Assembly: GCF_001194135.2 (NCBI RefSeq)
Contig: NC_068994.1
Location: 37,872,513-37,932,913, forward strand
Source of the DNA: Octopus bimaculoides
Taxonomy: Eukaryota
Direction of reading: 5' to 3'
DNA length: 60,401 nt
The notes under the pieces are model-generated. The model made no database searches. It saw only the letters and a program-made list of their open reading frames with translations, and was not told the DNA's origin. Position numbers and translations under genes: made by a program. Shown here one piece after another: positions 1 through 12,740 of the stretch. Every line of letters begins with the position of its first letter. The stretch's first letter is position 1.

Positions 1-55
<55 letters not shown>

Positions 56-211
56 GCATATATTTACATGTAAGTATATCTTTATATTTATAAATATATA
101 TATTAGTGCAAGGATTTACCAGTAATCACATTATTATATGATGGAATTAATCTATGAAAACTCTGAAAATAACACAATGCTATCAATATAAATGTACTTA
201 AAAACATACAT

Positions 212-262
<51 letters not shown>

Positions 263-625
263 CACACACGCACACATATATATATATATGCACACACATA
301 CATATACATGAGTGAGTGTGTGTGTTTGTGGAAGCGTGTCTGTGTGTGGATGTGTGTATAGGTGCCTGAATGCTGTGGATTATCAATAGTTTTATGCATT
401 TTGAGATGAATACACTCAAAAGTTATACAATGCTTAGCAACTTGATATAATCAATTGGTTTATATTTTCATATTCAAAGAGAAATTTAAATATAGAAATA
501 GGAATTGCTTTATTTATATATATATATATATATATATGCATAAATAAATGTACATGCACACATGTATATATGTATTTGTATACGTTTATGAGTATGTATA
601 CATATAAATGTATGTATGTATTTAT

Positions 626-666
<41 letters not shown>
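1..666. repeat. (TA)n/(CA)n/(TACA)n microsatellite mosaic ending at an assembly gap (667-1322)
   Basis: Direct reading; the overlapping ORFs are YIYI/VCVC/X artefacts. Confidence 0.95.
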
Positions 667-1322
667 NNNNNNNNNNNNNNNNNNNNNNNNNNNNNNNNNN
701 NNNNNNNNNNNNNNNNNNNNNNNNNNNNNNNNNNNNNNNNNNNNNNNNNNNNNNNNNNNNNNNNNNNNNNNNNNNNNNNNNNNNNNNNNNNNNNNNNNNN
801 NNNNNNNNNNNNNNNNNNNNNNNNNNNNNNNNNNNNNNNNNNNNNNNNNNNNNNNNNNNNNNNNNNNNNNNNNNNNNNNNNNNNNNNNNNNNNNNNNNNN
901 NNNNNNNNNNNNNNNNNNNNNNNNNNNNNNNNNNNNNNNNNNNNNNNNNNNNNNNNNNNNNNNNNNNNNNNNNNNNNNNNNNNNNNNNNNNNNNNNNNNN
1001 NNNNNNNNNNNNNNNNNNNNNNNNNNNNNNNNNNNNNNNNNNNNNNNNNNNNNNNNNNNNNNNNNNNNNNNNNNNNNNNNNNNNNNNNNNNNNNNNNNNN
1101 NNNNNNNNNNNNNNNNNNNNNNNNNNNNNNNNNNNNNNNNNNNNNNNNNNNNNNNNNNNNNNNNNNNNNNNNNNNNNNNNNNNNNNNNNNNNNNNNNNNN
1201 NNNNNNNNNNNNNNNNNNNNNNNNNNNNNNNNNNNNNNNNNNNNNNNNNNNNNNNNNNNNNNNNNNNNNNNNNNNNNNNNNNNNNNNNNNNNNNNNNNNN
1301 NNNNNNNNNNNNNNNNNNNNNN

Positions 1323-1373
<51 letters not shown>

Positions 1374-1823
1374 TACACACAGACACATACATGCATATAC
1401 ATTTGTTTATACATTTATATAAGCATACATATACATGAACGCTATGCTCCAGCTTGACCTTAGCTAAAGCAGCTAAATGAAACTTTGAAAAGTACATATA
1501 TATATATACATATCTATACGCATGTGTGTATTTATGTATACATTTATGTATGTAGGATATAAGCATACATATCCACATGTAAGTGTGCGTGTTTGAGCAT
1601 TGAATAAACATGAAAGTATTGCAAATAACAGGTAGAAAGTTGTACAATTAATATATTGACATTGTACCTAATTTATAGTTTGTTTTAACAAGTTCTTTAA
1701 TTTTACTTTATCTTGGCTATTATGACCAAGCTCTCTCTGGAGCTTTACAATGGGGTTTCTTCTCTTTGATTTTGTTTGTTTTGGTTTTAAAAAGCAAGCA
1801 GAAATGAGGAAAGTGATACTTAC

Positions 1824-2012
1824 CCAGAAAAGTGCCGAATCCTTTCGTAATGTGATGTTATACAGCGTAGGTATCCCAATGTGAAGTTGTACATTTACTG
1901 CTGCTGCTGTTGCTGCTGTTGCTGGTGCTGCTGCTGCTGTTGCTGCTGCTGCTGGTGTTGCTGACGCTGTCGCTGCTTATATTCTGTGGCAGCATTGTTA
2001 TTACTGCTTACT
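1824..2012 (-). other. Candidate exon containing a CAG/CAA repeat (polyQ frame) with an in-frame TAA-ATG junction
   Basis: Minus strand: pyrimidine tract ...ctctcattctgctattcacacatcatag| acceptor, 189 nt, strong donor TGG|gtaagt. The frame reads VSSNNNAATEYKQRQRQQHQ(n)*MYNFTLGYLRCITSHYERIRHFS(G). Confidence 0.45.
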
Positions 2013-2154
2013 CTATGATGTGTGAATAGCAGAATGAGAGAGCCAGAGAGACAGAGATAGAGGGAGAGCAATAGGAACTGAGAGAGCATTAAAGGAGAGC
2101 AAGATTTGAGCATGTATATGAATGGTTGTGAGTTGAGTGTGTTTATGTTGAAGT

Positions 2155-2942
<788 letters not shown>

Positions 2943-3256
2943 AGGGTGATAAGTAGAATAACTGAGAAGCGATCCTAACAAGTATGGAAGAGTGTATATG
3001 TAATACTTACAGTAGCCAATGTAAGTCCATTCTACTGAAATAAAATGCATCTGATCTACATGTCAGTTTCACATTATTATATAAAAACTTATGACTACAA
3101 TTATACACCATGGAAGCTGCATATTGTAATCTCTTTCAGCCAAAGATGTTGCAGCTAATTGTAACTAAGTTAATAACAATAAGCAAATGAAAAGGTTTTG
3201 GACCCACTAACTTCAAAATTTTAAAAACAAGAACTGCAATAGCCAGTTAATTATAT

Positions 3257-3289
<33 letters not shown>

Positions 3290-3417
3290 NNNNNNNNNNN
3301 NNNNNNNNNNNNNNNNNNNNNNNNNNNNNNNNNNNNNNNNNNNNNNNNNNNNNNNNNNNNNNNNNNNNNNNNNNNNNNNNNNNNNNNNNNNNNNNTATAT
3401 GTATATATGTATATATG

Positions 3418-3448
<31 letters not shown>

Positions 3449-3619
3449 CTATGTATCTATGTATGTATCTATGTATCTATGTATGTATATATATTTATTT
3501 ATTTATATATTTACATAGAAGGCCAATCTCAAAATACTGGGACTTACAAAAAAATGACAAAGGACTGTGATATGCCCACCACAGCAGAGTTGATATCCTA
3601 AAATCAAAGTACTATGTAG

Positions 3620-3870
3620 AAAGCACTGCTGTATGTGCCATATAAAAAAAAATTGGTCGTGGTGCCATGTAAAAAAGCACCTAATATATATACTCTGTAA
3701 AGTAGCTGGCATCGGGAAGGGCATCCAGTTGTAGCAATCAGCCCAAAACAGACTATGGAACTTGCTGCAGCTCCTGGCTTTAAAGGCTCCTGTCAAGCTG
3801 TTCAACGAATGCCAACATTGAAAACAGACATTAAAATCATGGTGATGATGATGATGATGATGATGATGCT
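3620..3870 (+). mobile_element. RTE-LINE 3' tail fragment or RTE-tailed SINE ending in (GAT)n
   Basis: gtgccatgtaaaaaagcac...ggaagggcatccagttgtag...gacattaaaatcatggtgatgatg matches the 3' UTR of the RTE copy at 57228-57700. Confidence 0.8.
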
Positions 3871-4009
3871 TATATATATACACATGTTTATGTGTGTGTG
3901 TGTACGTGTACATGTATGCATGTGTGAGTGTTTGTGTGTACACATGTGTGTGAGTGTATATATATATATATATATATACACACACATATACACACACCTA
4001 TATATATAT

Positions 4010-4800
4010 GACCAAGCAATTATCATCGACACCGATGGGATGACTGGCCTCACACCATATATCACCATCAGCTGCACCTGCACTAATGCCAGCAGCTACA
4101 TCGCTAACCATATAACCAGAACATTAACCACGGCGATATCACTGTAAGATCATTGCACCATATCGACAGAGTCAGTAGAGAAAAAAACCAGATGTGTGAA
4201 TGTAGTCACATCCCAAGTTTGTAAATACATCAAATCAGCCGGTTACATCTTTCAAACATCACTTCTGCAAACACCAGTCATCCTTCAGAGTCCCAGAAAG
4301 ACGGTTTGTCACATCCCTCTGCCAAGTGTGGCACCTCTAAGATCAAGGGATTCCATTCCATGTGATATCAGGTGGAAAATAATAGATCATCCAGGCCCAT
4401 ATATTAATGGGAGTGGCCGTTGCCAGATCTGCATCATGAAGAGAACCAAAATTCTTAAGGACTATGCTAAACCTAGTGTGTTAAATAGTTGTAAAGAAGT
4501 TTTCTCTAAATGTGTCCACTTCAAGCGCTACCTACTGGAAAATTGGATCAGCTCGTTTGCTGGTTAGGCTTTTTCAGGTCTGTAGGGCTTGTTTTATCCT
4601 ATGGTCCAAAGGAAACAGCCTGTCCTCATTAACATTTTTATACATTAGGCCTTAAATCTCGATATCTGAGCATTTTCTCATGTTCGCATGGTGGAAAGTT
4701 TAAATGTTCTTGTCTTTGAATAGAGTCTGACAAGCTGTCCGCAAAGCTCTGGCCTTGTGGATATGAAACCTTTGGTAACTTTATGACCAGAGTTTAAATT
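4010..4800 (+). mobile_element. 5'-truncated Penelope-like element (GIY-YIG endonuclease C-terminus plus 3' pLTR region), frameshifted
   Basis: Across frames: ISCTCTNASSYIANHITRTL ... YIKSAGYIF/KHHFCKHQSSFRVPERRFVTSLCQVWHL*DQGIP/ DIRWKIIDHPGPYINGSGRCQICIMKRTKIL...LNSCKEVFSKCVHFKRYLL. This follows the PLE GIY-YIG pattern FK.R...H.SSF, LS..VW.LK, W.I, CxxC, LN...E...CxH. A hammerhead follows the stop. Confidence 0.85.
4720..4784 (+). ncRNA. Type I hammerhead ribozyme (core G8 mutated) in the PLE 3' region
   Basis: Stem I atagagt(4720-26)/actttat(4778-84); core CTGAcaA; stem II tgtccgcaaagc/gccttgtggata; GAAA; stem III acc-ttt-ggt; GUA cleavage triplet ending at 4777. Confidence 0.8.
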
Positions 4801-4889
4801 TTTGTTTTAATAATTACTGCTCTATTATTTAGTGTGTGCTTCTTTTCTGATATATGTTTAATTGACGATATATACATGTATATAGTGAG

Positions 4890-5108
4890 CAAGTTGAAAT
4901 ATTAGCACATGAGACAAAATGCTTAGCAACTTTTTGACAATCTTTATGTTATGAGTTGAAATTCCACCGAGGTTGACTTTGCCTTTCATCTTTTTGGGAT
5001 CAATGAAATGAGTATCAGTCAAGTACTAAGGTTGATGTAATCAATTAGCCTCCTCTCCCAAAATTTCAGGCCTTGAGTTTATAGTAGAAAGGATTATTAT
5101 CATTATTA

Positions 5109-5161
<53 letters not shown>

Positions 5162-5187
5162 GTTGTTGTTGTTGTTGTTGTTGTTGA

Positions 5188-5226
<39 letters not shown>

Positions 5227-5485
5227 GGTATCAAGCTGGCAGAATTGTTAGTGCACTAAACAAAATGCTTAGCAATATTTCGCCTATCACAACATTCTGA
5301 ATTCAAATTCTGCTGAGGTCGACTTTACCTTTCATCCGTTTGGAGTCAATAAAATAAGTACCAGTTGAACACTGGAGGTCAATGTAATTGACTCATTCCC
5401 TACCCCAAAATTGCTGCCCTTGTGCCAAAATTTGAAACCATTATTATTATTATTGTTATTATTATTATTGTTATTATTATTATTA

Positions 5486-5537
<52 letters not shown>

Positions 5538-5700
5538 CATATAGGCAAAGGCAGTGAGCTGGCAGAATCATTAGCATGCTGGGGAAAATGCTTAGTGGTA
5601 TTTCATCTGCCACTATATTCTGAGTTCAAATTCTGCTGGGGTCAATATAATCCACTAATGCCTCCCGCTAAAATTGCTTATGTTCTCCCAATATTTGATA
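4890..5700 (+). mobile_element. Three tandem copies of tRNA-derived SINE family A (4890-5092, 5225-5440, 5545-5700) separated by (ATT)n/(GTT)n tails
   Basis: Shared motifs ggcagaattgttagc, caaaatgcttagc, gagttcaaattc (B-box-like), gactttgcctttcatcc, aagtaccagt, cttgtgccaaaatttgaa. Confidence 0.9.
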
Positions 5701-6121
5701 TAATTATTATTATTCTATTTTCAGAGTCCAAATCCTAATAAAGCTAAGTTTGCCCTTTATCTTTTTGAATGTTACAATAAAAGAAAATACTGGTCAAGTA
5801 CTGGAGTCAGTGATATCAATTAAAGACTTCCCCTCAAAATTGCAGATCTTGTGCCTAACTTAGAAATAATTATTGTAATCGTTGCTACTGTAACTGCTTT
5901 TTGTCATTGTTTTTGTTGTTAGTGCTTATTGTTTTTGTTTGTTTTGCTGCCATTATTGTTTGTTGATGATTGCTGTTTGAACAAAACAAAAATAATGTAA
6001 CAATTGCAGTCTTATCCTCGTTAACACTGCCATTGTTTGGTGAGATGGGGTTTGAGATTATTGGGTGTGATTTTGAGGGAACTTTGGCTGTTTTTTAACT
6101 GGTCAAACAACATGTAAGTTC

Positions 6122-6285
6122 CTTCATTGACCCCTCATCCTGAGCTCAACTGGTACTTATTTTATTGACCCCAAAAGAATGCAAGGCAAATTCAGCCTTG
6201 GCTACATTTGAACTCAGAATGTAAAGACAAACGAAATGCTGCAAAGCATTTTACCTGGCTTGCTGATGATTCTGCCACCATGCAG
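6122..6285 (-). mobile_element. SINE family A, partial
   Basis: Reverse complement of the family A core (aactggtacttattttattgacccc...gaactcagaatgtaaag...aagcatttt). Confidence 0.85.
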
Positions 6286-6329
6286 CTCTAAACAATATAA
6301 ATATTATTACAGGTGTTGCATTATTACAG

Positions 6330-6540
6330 GTGTTGTCCAGCTCAGCCCTGAGTCAGAAAACCATCGATGAAAAGCAATCCAACCATGACTGCCCAGTCCA
6401 TTTGTTTAACAAAAACTATATTATTCATGAATCTGTCAATATTTTAGAAGACAAGATATGATTTGAAGAGTAATTGGTTGTTCTTTTTAGCAGGTTAAAT
6501 GACTCTGTACAGGTTTCCTCAATTTAATATTGTTCTTCTT
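6330..6540 (+). repeat. Interspersed repeat family E (unclassified)
   Basis: ccaaccatgact...gatatgatttgaagag..ggttg..tttttagcagg recurs near 16000-16200, 34250-34410, and inverted near 12800-12890, 40470-40540, 55420-55510 and 58830-59170. Confidence 0.65.
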
Positions 6541-7279
6541 GCTGAGGGCTATAATTACTTTTATTCTTCTTACTTGTCGTTCTTTTACAATATTTTTTTT
6601 ATTTTTACAAATTTTTATTTTATTTTTCTAGTATGTAATTATTATCATTGTCAAAATATATTGTAAACAAAAAAAAAAATAGAGAAATTTTTCACAAAAA
6701 AATCAAGTGTGAAACATGTTTTCTTTAATTTTTTTCTTTCTTATTTTGTATTTTTTTCTTTCATCACTTTTACTCCAAGAAATTAATGATATTAAGAATA
6801 AATTCTTCAGTTTTGTCAAGAAATTTTTAATTCAAAATTTGTTACATTTCACATGTCTTTCTCTCCATGTATGTATGTATGCATACACACACACACACAC
6901 ACACATTCGCATACAGTAAATATAAGATAAGCACACAAACACACAGACACACACACGAATATATACATTTTTTATGCATGTCATGTTGTTTATTCATTGC
7001 AAGCTGAATAATATTTTCACATTCTCAAGTGCTCAATATGGTCAGTTTTGCCCCCAATAAAGGGTTAATGGGCAGCAAGTGAACAACTTATTCACAAAAA
7101 TTTTCAATTTGGGACCTGTGGAAAACTTCCAACACCTTCTTATTTGATAGAGTTAGTTGAGGGTCTTTGCCAGTTTCAATAAATATTACAAAACTTCACA
7201 TGCATGGGTATTTATTTCTCAACATTTTGCTTGCACAATTTTTTTATGGTACAAAGTACAAAAATATATTTACATATTT

Positions 7280-7500
7280 TTGCATCCATCTTTTATCTTT
7301 TACTTGCCTCAGTCATTGAATGGCAGCTATTCTGGGGAACCACCTTGAAGGATTTAGTCAAACAAATTGACTGAATTGCTCCTTTGTTTTTAAATATTGT
7401 ACTTCTTCTGTTGGTCTCTAATTGTTGAACCACTAAGTTATGGGCACATAAACAAACCAACACCAGCTGTAAAGCAGTGTTAGGAGACAAACACAAAGAT
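7280..7500 (-). mobile_element. 3' half of SINE family B (tail motif cagtcattg-actg-ggccatgctgg...caccaccttgaagg)
   Basis: The same tail occurs at 19230-19400, 21710-22025, 27185-27260, 28480-28630, 36000-36110 and 41965-42130. Confidence 0.7.
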
Positions 7501-7525
7501 GCACACACATAGATATATACACCTA

Positions 7526-7583
<58 letters not shown>

Positions 7584-7656
7584 CATAATAATATTAGGGA
7601 CAAACATATATATGTATATGTATGTATATGTATGTATATATATATATCTATATATC

Positions 7657-7687
<31 letters not shown>

Positions 7688-7689
<2 letters not shown>

Positions 7690-7875
7690 GGAGAATTCAC
7701 AAAGGAACAGAAGATGAAAACAGGTGGTGTAGACAACAAACAAATGTATTAGTATAACGCTTGGGAAGTGAAAAAGTCTTTAATGTTTCAAGCCTATGCT
7801 CCTCCACAGAAAGGAACACAGAAAGAAACAAGGAGAGAAAAAAAGAGCATGTATTGGCTAGCAATCTATCATGGT
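7688..7875 (-). mobile_element. Non-autonomous PLE-derived mini-element with a minimal hammerhead-like motif (7778-7813)
   Basis: Minus strand ttCTGtgGAgGAGCatagGCTtGAAACatta. Related copy at 56280-56465. Confidence 0.6.
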
Positions 7876-7889
7876 GACACAATGGGCTT

Positions 7890-8048
7890 CTTTCTGTTTC
7901 TGTCAAACAAATCTACTCACAAGGCTTTGGTTAGCCCAAGGCTATAGTAGAAGACACTTGGTGCCACAAGATGCCACACAGTGGGACTGAACCCAAAATC
8001 ATGTCATTAGGCTGCAAGCTTCTTACCACACAGCCACACCTGAGCCTA
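7890..8048 (-). mobile_element. SINE family B (tRNA-like head with CORE-like ccttgggcaagtgtcttct block)
   Basis: Reverse complement of ggtgtggctgtgtggtaag...gggttcagtcccactg...caagtgtcttctactatagcc...aaagccttgtgagt. Confidence 0.85.
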
Positions 8049-8405
8049 TATATATATATATATTGGAAAATGTGTGAGATTCTAAGTACACTTAGGTATA
8101 TTTGAACAGTCTTTTACTCCCACACTGATTAACAAACTCTGACCCCACCCCAAACACGCCCAAATCCCATATATAAAATCAAAAAACCCCAAATCCTCAG
8201 ATCTGTTTGACAACAAATGCGAGAAGGTTCTCCAAAGAAGTTAACAAGAAATTTTTTTTTAAATTCTCCTCACTCAAGTTAACAAAGAACTTACTAGATC
8301 TATAAACTAAAATTTATATTATTAAAAAATTAAAAACTAATAAATTAAACTGATTAGAACTATCAGTGAAGTCATTCATTTTCTTTTTTCAAATATATAT
8401 ATATA

Positions 8406-8438
<33 letters not shown>

Positions 8439-8598
8439 NNNNNNNNNNNNNNNNNNNNNNNNNNNNNNNNNNNNNNNNNNNATATACGTATGTATGTATG
8501 TATATATTCATAGTCTGATCTATGCCAGCATGGAAGATGAATGTTAAATAACAATGATGATGATATACATATACATATGCATATCGAATTCTTATAGA

Positions 8599-8814
8599 TG
8601 AGGGGTTGCTGAAAAGTTTCTGGCTCTCAGGGTTTTGCAAAAGGCCTGGCTGGAAGTCCAGACTGCTGAGTTCTTTTACAGGGATTAGAAAAACTGAAGG
8701 ACTGCTACAATAAGTGTGTGTCTGAAAGGGGAATATGTTGAATAAAATCATCATTAACTGATCCTCGTGTATTTTCTTTTACCCAAAGCCAAGAACTTTT
8801 CAGCAGCCCCCTTG
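8599..8814 (+). mobile_element. Internally deleted mariner element (MITE) retaining the transposase C-terminus
   Basis: TIRs gaggggttgctgaaaagtttctggct / agccaagaacttttcagcagccccct, 3' TA. Interior encodes GI.KLKDCYNKCV..GEYVE*, the typical mariner C-terminal GI..L..RW.KC...G.YVE motif. Confidence 0.85.
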
Positions 8815-8839
8815 TAACACACACACACACAAATACAAA

Positions 8840-8965
8840 CACATACAACAAGCTTCTTTCAGATCTTGTCTATTAAATGCACTCACAAGACTTTTGTCAA
8901 CTTGGGAATATAATTCTGAATCCAGAACCATGTGGTTGGGAATCAAGCTTCTTATCACACAGCTG
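8840..8965 (-). mobile_element. SINE family B, partial
   Basis: agcttctttcag...cactcacaagacttt...gaaccatgtggttggg...cttcttatcacacagc. Confidence 0.75.
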
Positions 8966-9312
8966 TGTATCCCAGTTTTAGAACATTGCCTAAGAAAACC
9001 CAAGCAATCTATGAAAGTATGGAGAAATTGGATCTAAATCAGTAACGATAATATCCTGCTAAAAGAGTAACATACAGCAACTGTTGAAATGTTCAGAACA
9101 GATGTATGCTTAATTTATATTGGAAAAGATTTTATGAGAGTACTTGAAAATTCGTTTTAAACCAACAGCCCACAAATGAGTAGGTGTAATAATTATGGAA
9201 ATAGATGACTTGCAATTTATAATGAAAATATTTCTTTTAAGCATAGTGATTAGCAGGGAGCTCAATAAAAGTGAACATATCAGGTTTTAATCAATAATTT
9301 AATGATATATAA

Positions 9313-9347
<35 letters not shown>

Positions 9348-9525
9348 ATGTGTGGGGATACAACTAAAATGAAATAATATTAAACAACAGAATGAAATAA
9401 ATGCAAAATACATCCTAAATCTTTATATATTCTATTACTCTAAATCTGATCTTTTGCTACTTTTTATTCAGCTCCTTGCTAATCAATTTGCACAGAAGAA
9501 ATATTTTCATTATAATTATGAGTTA

Positions 9526-9558
<33 letters not shown>

Positions 9559-10280
9559 NNNNNNNNNNNNNNNNNNNNNNNNNNNNNNNNNNNNNNNNNN
9601 NNNNNNNNNNNNNNNNNNNNNNNNNNNNNNNNNNNNNNNNNNNNNNNNNNNNNNNNNNNNNNNNNNNNNNNNNNNNNNNNNNNNNNNNNNNNNNNNNNNN
9701 NNNNNNNNNNNNNNNNNNNNNNNNNNNNNNNNNNNNNNNNNNNNNNNNNNNNNNNNNNNNNNNNNNNNNNNNNNNNNNNNNNNNNNNNNNNNNNNNNNNN
9801 NNNNNNNNNNNNNNNNNNNNNNNNNNNNNNNNNNNNNNNNNNNNNNNNNNNNNNNNNNNNNNNNNNNNNNNNNNNNNNNNNNNNNNNNNNNNNNNNNNNN
9901 NNNNNNNNNNNNNNNNNNNNNNNNNNNNNNNNNNNNNNNNNNNNNNNNNNNNNNNNNNNNNNNNNNNNNNNNNNNNNNNNNNNNNNNNNNNNNNNNNNNN
10001 NNNNNNNNNNNNNNNNNNNNNNNNNNNNNNNNNNNNNNNNNNNNNNNNNNNNNNNNNNNNNNNNNNNNNNNNNNNNNNNNNNNNNNNNNNNNNNNNNNNN
10101 NNNNNNNNNNNNNNNNNNNNNNNNNNNNNNNNNNNNNNNNNNNNNNNNNNNNNNNNNNNNNNNNNNNNNNNNNNNNNNNNNNNNNNNNNNNNNNNNNNNN
10201 NNNNNNNNNNNNNNNNNNNNNNNNNNNNNNNNNNNNNNNNNNNNNNNNNNNNNNNNNNNNNNNNNNNNNCACGCTTCCCT

Positions 10281-10312
<32 letters not shown>

Positions 10313-10419
10313 ATTCCTTTTCTTTCTCTTCGGCTTTGTCTTTTCCTTATTTCCAATCAATATGTATCAAACAAGCTCAGTAAAAGTAATTCTTCCATTC
10401 CTGTTGTTCTTGTTACTGC

Positions 10420-10890
10420 TGATGGTGATGGTGATGGTGATGGCGTTAGTGATGGAGAGGACCTGATTTATATATCGTTGTTCAATAGATAGAGAATTTA
10501 CATCCCAATATAAAAGGGATCAATACCAGCAAAGGATTACTTCTTTGCATTCTTATTTGGTTCTTGTTATTCTTGTTGCAGTCTTTTTTTTCTCTCTTTC
10601 CTTTTTTCCTTTTCGTTTTCTTGTTCTTATATTCCAGGTTCTTTCTCACAGTCATCATCATTCTCAACATCATTATAACCAACACCACCACCACCACCAC
10701 CACAACCACCGTCATCATCATCATCGTCATCGCCATCGTCATCGTCATCGTCATCATTGTTGTCATCACCCCAGTCATCGCTAGCACCAGCATCAGAATC
10801 CACTACCTTCAGTACCATCATCATCGTTAATACCGCAAATAGCAGTAATACCGAAACGACCATCACCGTCATCATCATCATCATTATTCA
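10420..10890. repeat. Trinucleotide low-complexity tract (CAT/CAC/CGT)
   Basis: Direct reading; produces His-, Thr- and Asp-rich pseudo-ORFs in several frames. Confidence 0.85.
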
Positions 10891-11097
10891 AACAAGCATN
10901 NNNNNNNNNCACTGTAAATCAATAGCATAAATTGTCTACTTACTATAAATGTGAAGTAGCTTCAAATGCACAACTAAACCATCGTAAAACTTTACTCATT
11001 CATCGGGCTTTCGGAAAGTTTTTCATTTTTATATTTATTTTATCTTATTTTGTTTCAGTGCAGACAGTTTCTTTGTTACTTGTTTTCTTCTTTTTTT

Positions 11098-11144
<47 letters not shown>

Positions 11145-12407
11145 TTGTTATGTTTTCATTTTAGTTTTTGTTCTTGCTACTGCTGCTATTGTTGTTGTTG
11201 TTGTTGCTTTTGTTGTTATGTATATTTTTGGTATGGTCTTATGTTCTTTAGGATTTAAGATTTTTAGCTGAAATAATTCCTTTCCACTTTAAAACAATAA
11301 AACAATAATAAACCTTTTTTGTGTGTTTGCTTTCTTTCTCCATCTCCCTCCCTCTCTCTCTCTCTCTGTATGTATATATGTATGTATCTATATCTATCTA
11401 TCAATCTATCTATCGATATATANNNNNNNNNNNNNNNNNNNNNNNNNNNNNNNNNNNNNNNNNNNNNNNNNNNNNNNNNNNNNNNNNNNNNNNNNNNNNN
11501 NNNNNNNNNNNNNNNNNNNNNNNNNNNNNNNNNNNNNNNNNNNNNNNNNNNNNNNNNNNNNNNNNNNNNNNNNNNNNNNNNNNNNNNNNNNNNNNNNNNN
11601 NNNNNNNNNNNNNNNNNNNNNNNNNNNNNNNNNNNNNNNNNNNNNNNNNNNNNNNNNNNNNNNNNNNNNNNNNNNNNNNNNNNNNNNNNNNNNNNNNNNN
11701 NNNNNNNNNNNNNNNNNNNNNNNNNNNNNNNNNNNNNNNNNNNNNNNNNNNNNNNNNNNNNNNNNNNNNNNNNNNNNNNNNNNNNNNNNNNNNNNNNNNN
11801 NNNNNNNNNNNNNNNNNNNNNNNNNNNNNNNNNNNNNNNNNNNNNNNNNNNNNNNNNNNNNNNNNNNNNNNNNNNNNNNNNNNNNNNNNNNNNNNNNNNN
11901 NNNNNNNNNNNNNNNNNNNNNNNNNNNNNNNNNNNNNNNNNNNNNNNNNNNNNNNNNNNNNNNNNNNNNNNNNNNNNNNNNNNNNNNNNNNNNNNNNNNN
12001 NNNNNNNNNNNNNNNNNNNNNNNNNNNNNNNNNNNNNNNNNNNNNNNNNNNNNNNNNNNNNNNNNNNNNNNNNNNNNNNNNNNNNNNNNNNNNNNNNNNN
12101 NNNNNNNNNNNNNNNNNNNNNNNNNNNNNNNNNNNNNNNNNNNNNNNNNNNNNNNNNNNNNNNNNNNNNNNNNNNNNNNNNNNNNNNNNNNNNNNNNNNN
12201 NNNNNNNNNNNNNNNNNNNNNNNNNNNNNNNNNNNNNNNNNNNNNNNNNNNNNNNNNNNNNNNNNNNNNNNNNNNNNNNNNNNNNNNNNNNNNNNNNNNN
12301 NNNNNNNNNNNNNNNNNNNNNNNNNNNNNNNNNNNNNNNNNNNNNNNNNNNNNNNNNNNNNNNNNNNNNNNNNNNNNNNNNNNNNNNNNNNNNNNNNNNN
12401 NNNNNNN

Positions 12408-12464
<57 letters not shown>

Positions 12465-12589
12465 ATGTATGTATGTATGTATGTATATATATAGAGAGAG
12501 AAGTTGACAGATAGACAGATAGATATGTATATATTTGTGTGTGTGTGTACTCATGTAATGGTTGTAAATGAGCATGAGATATATGTCTC

Positions 12590-12740
12590 TAGTCTCCTGT
12601 GAAAAACATGTCCGGTCATGGGGATATATTACCTTACTTGAAAACAGTTGAGAGCTGATAGCAGGAAGGGCATCCATCTGTAGAAAAGTTGCCTCATCAA
12701 ATTCCATCTGACTTAGGGGAAATGGGCATTAAAAGATGAT
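12590..12740 (+). mobile_element. RTE-type 3' tail fragment
   Basis: gcaggaagggcatccatctgtagaaa...gggcattaaaagatgat. Confidence 0.65.

Noticed and set aside
5225-5440. tRNA genes
   Set aside because: The A/B-box-like motifs belong to SINE heads. I could not fold an intact cloverleaf in any copy.
10482-10884. His-, Thr- and Asp-rich ORFs
   Set aside because: Trinucleotide microsatellite open in several frames on both strands, with no credible splice context. The same applies to 24052-24312, 34461-34775 and 41040-41394.
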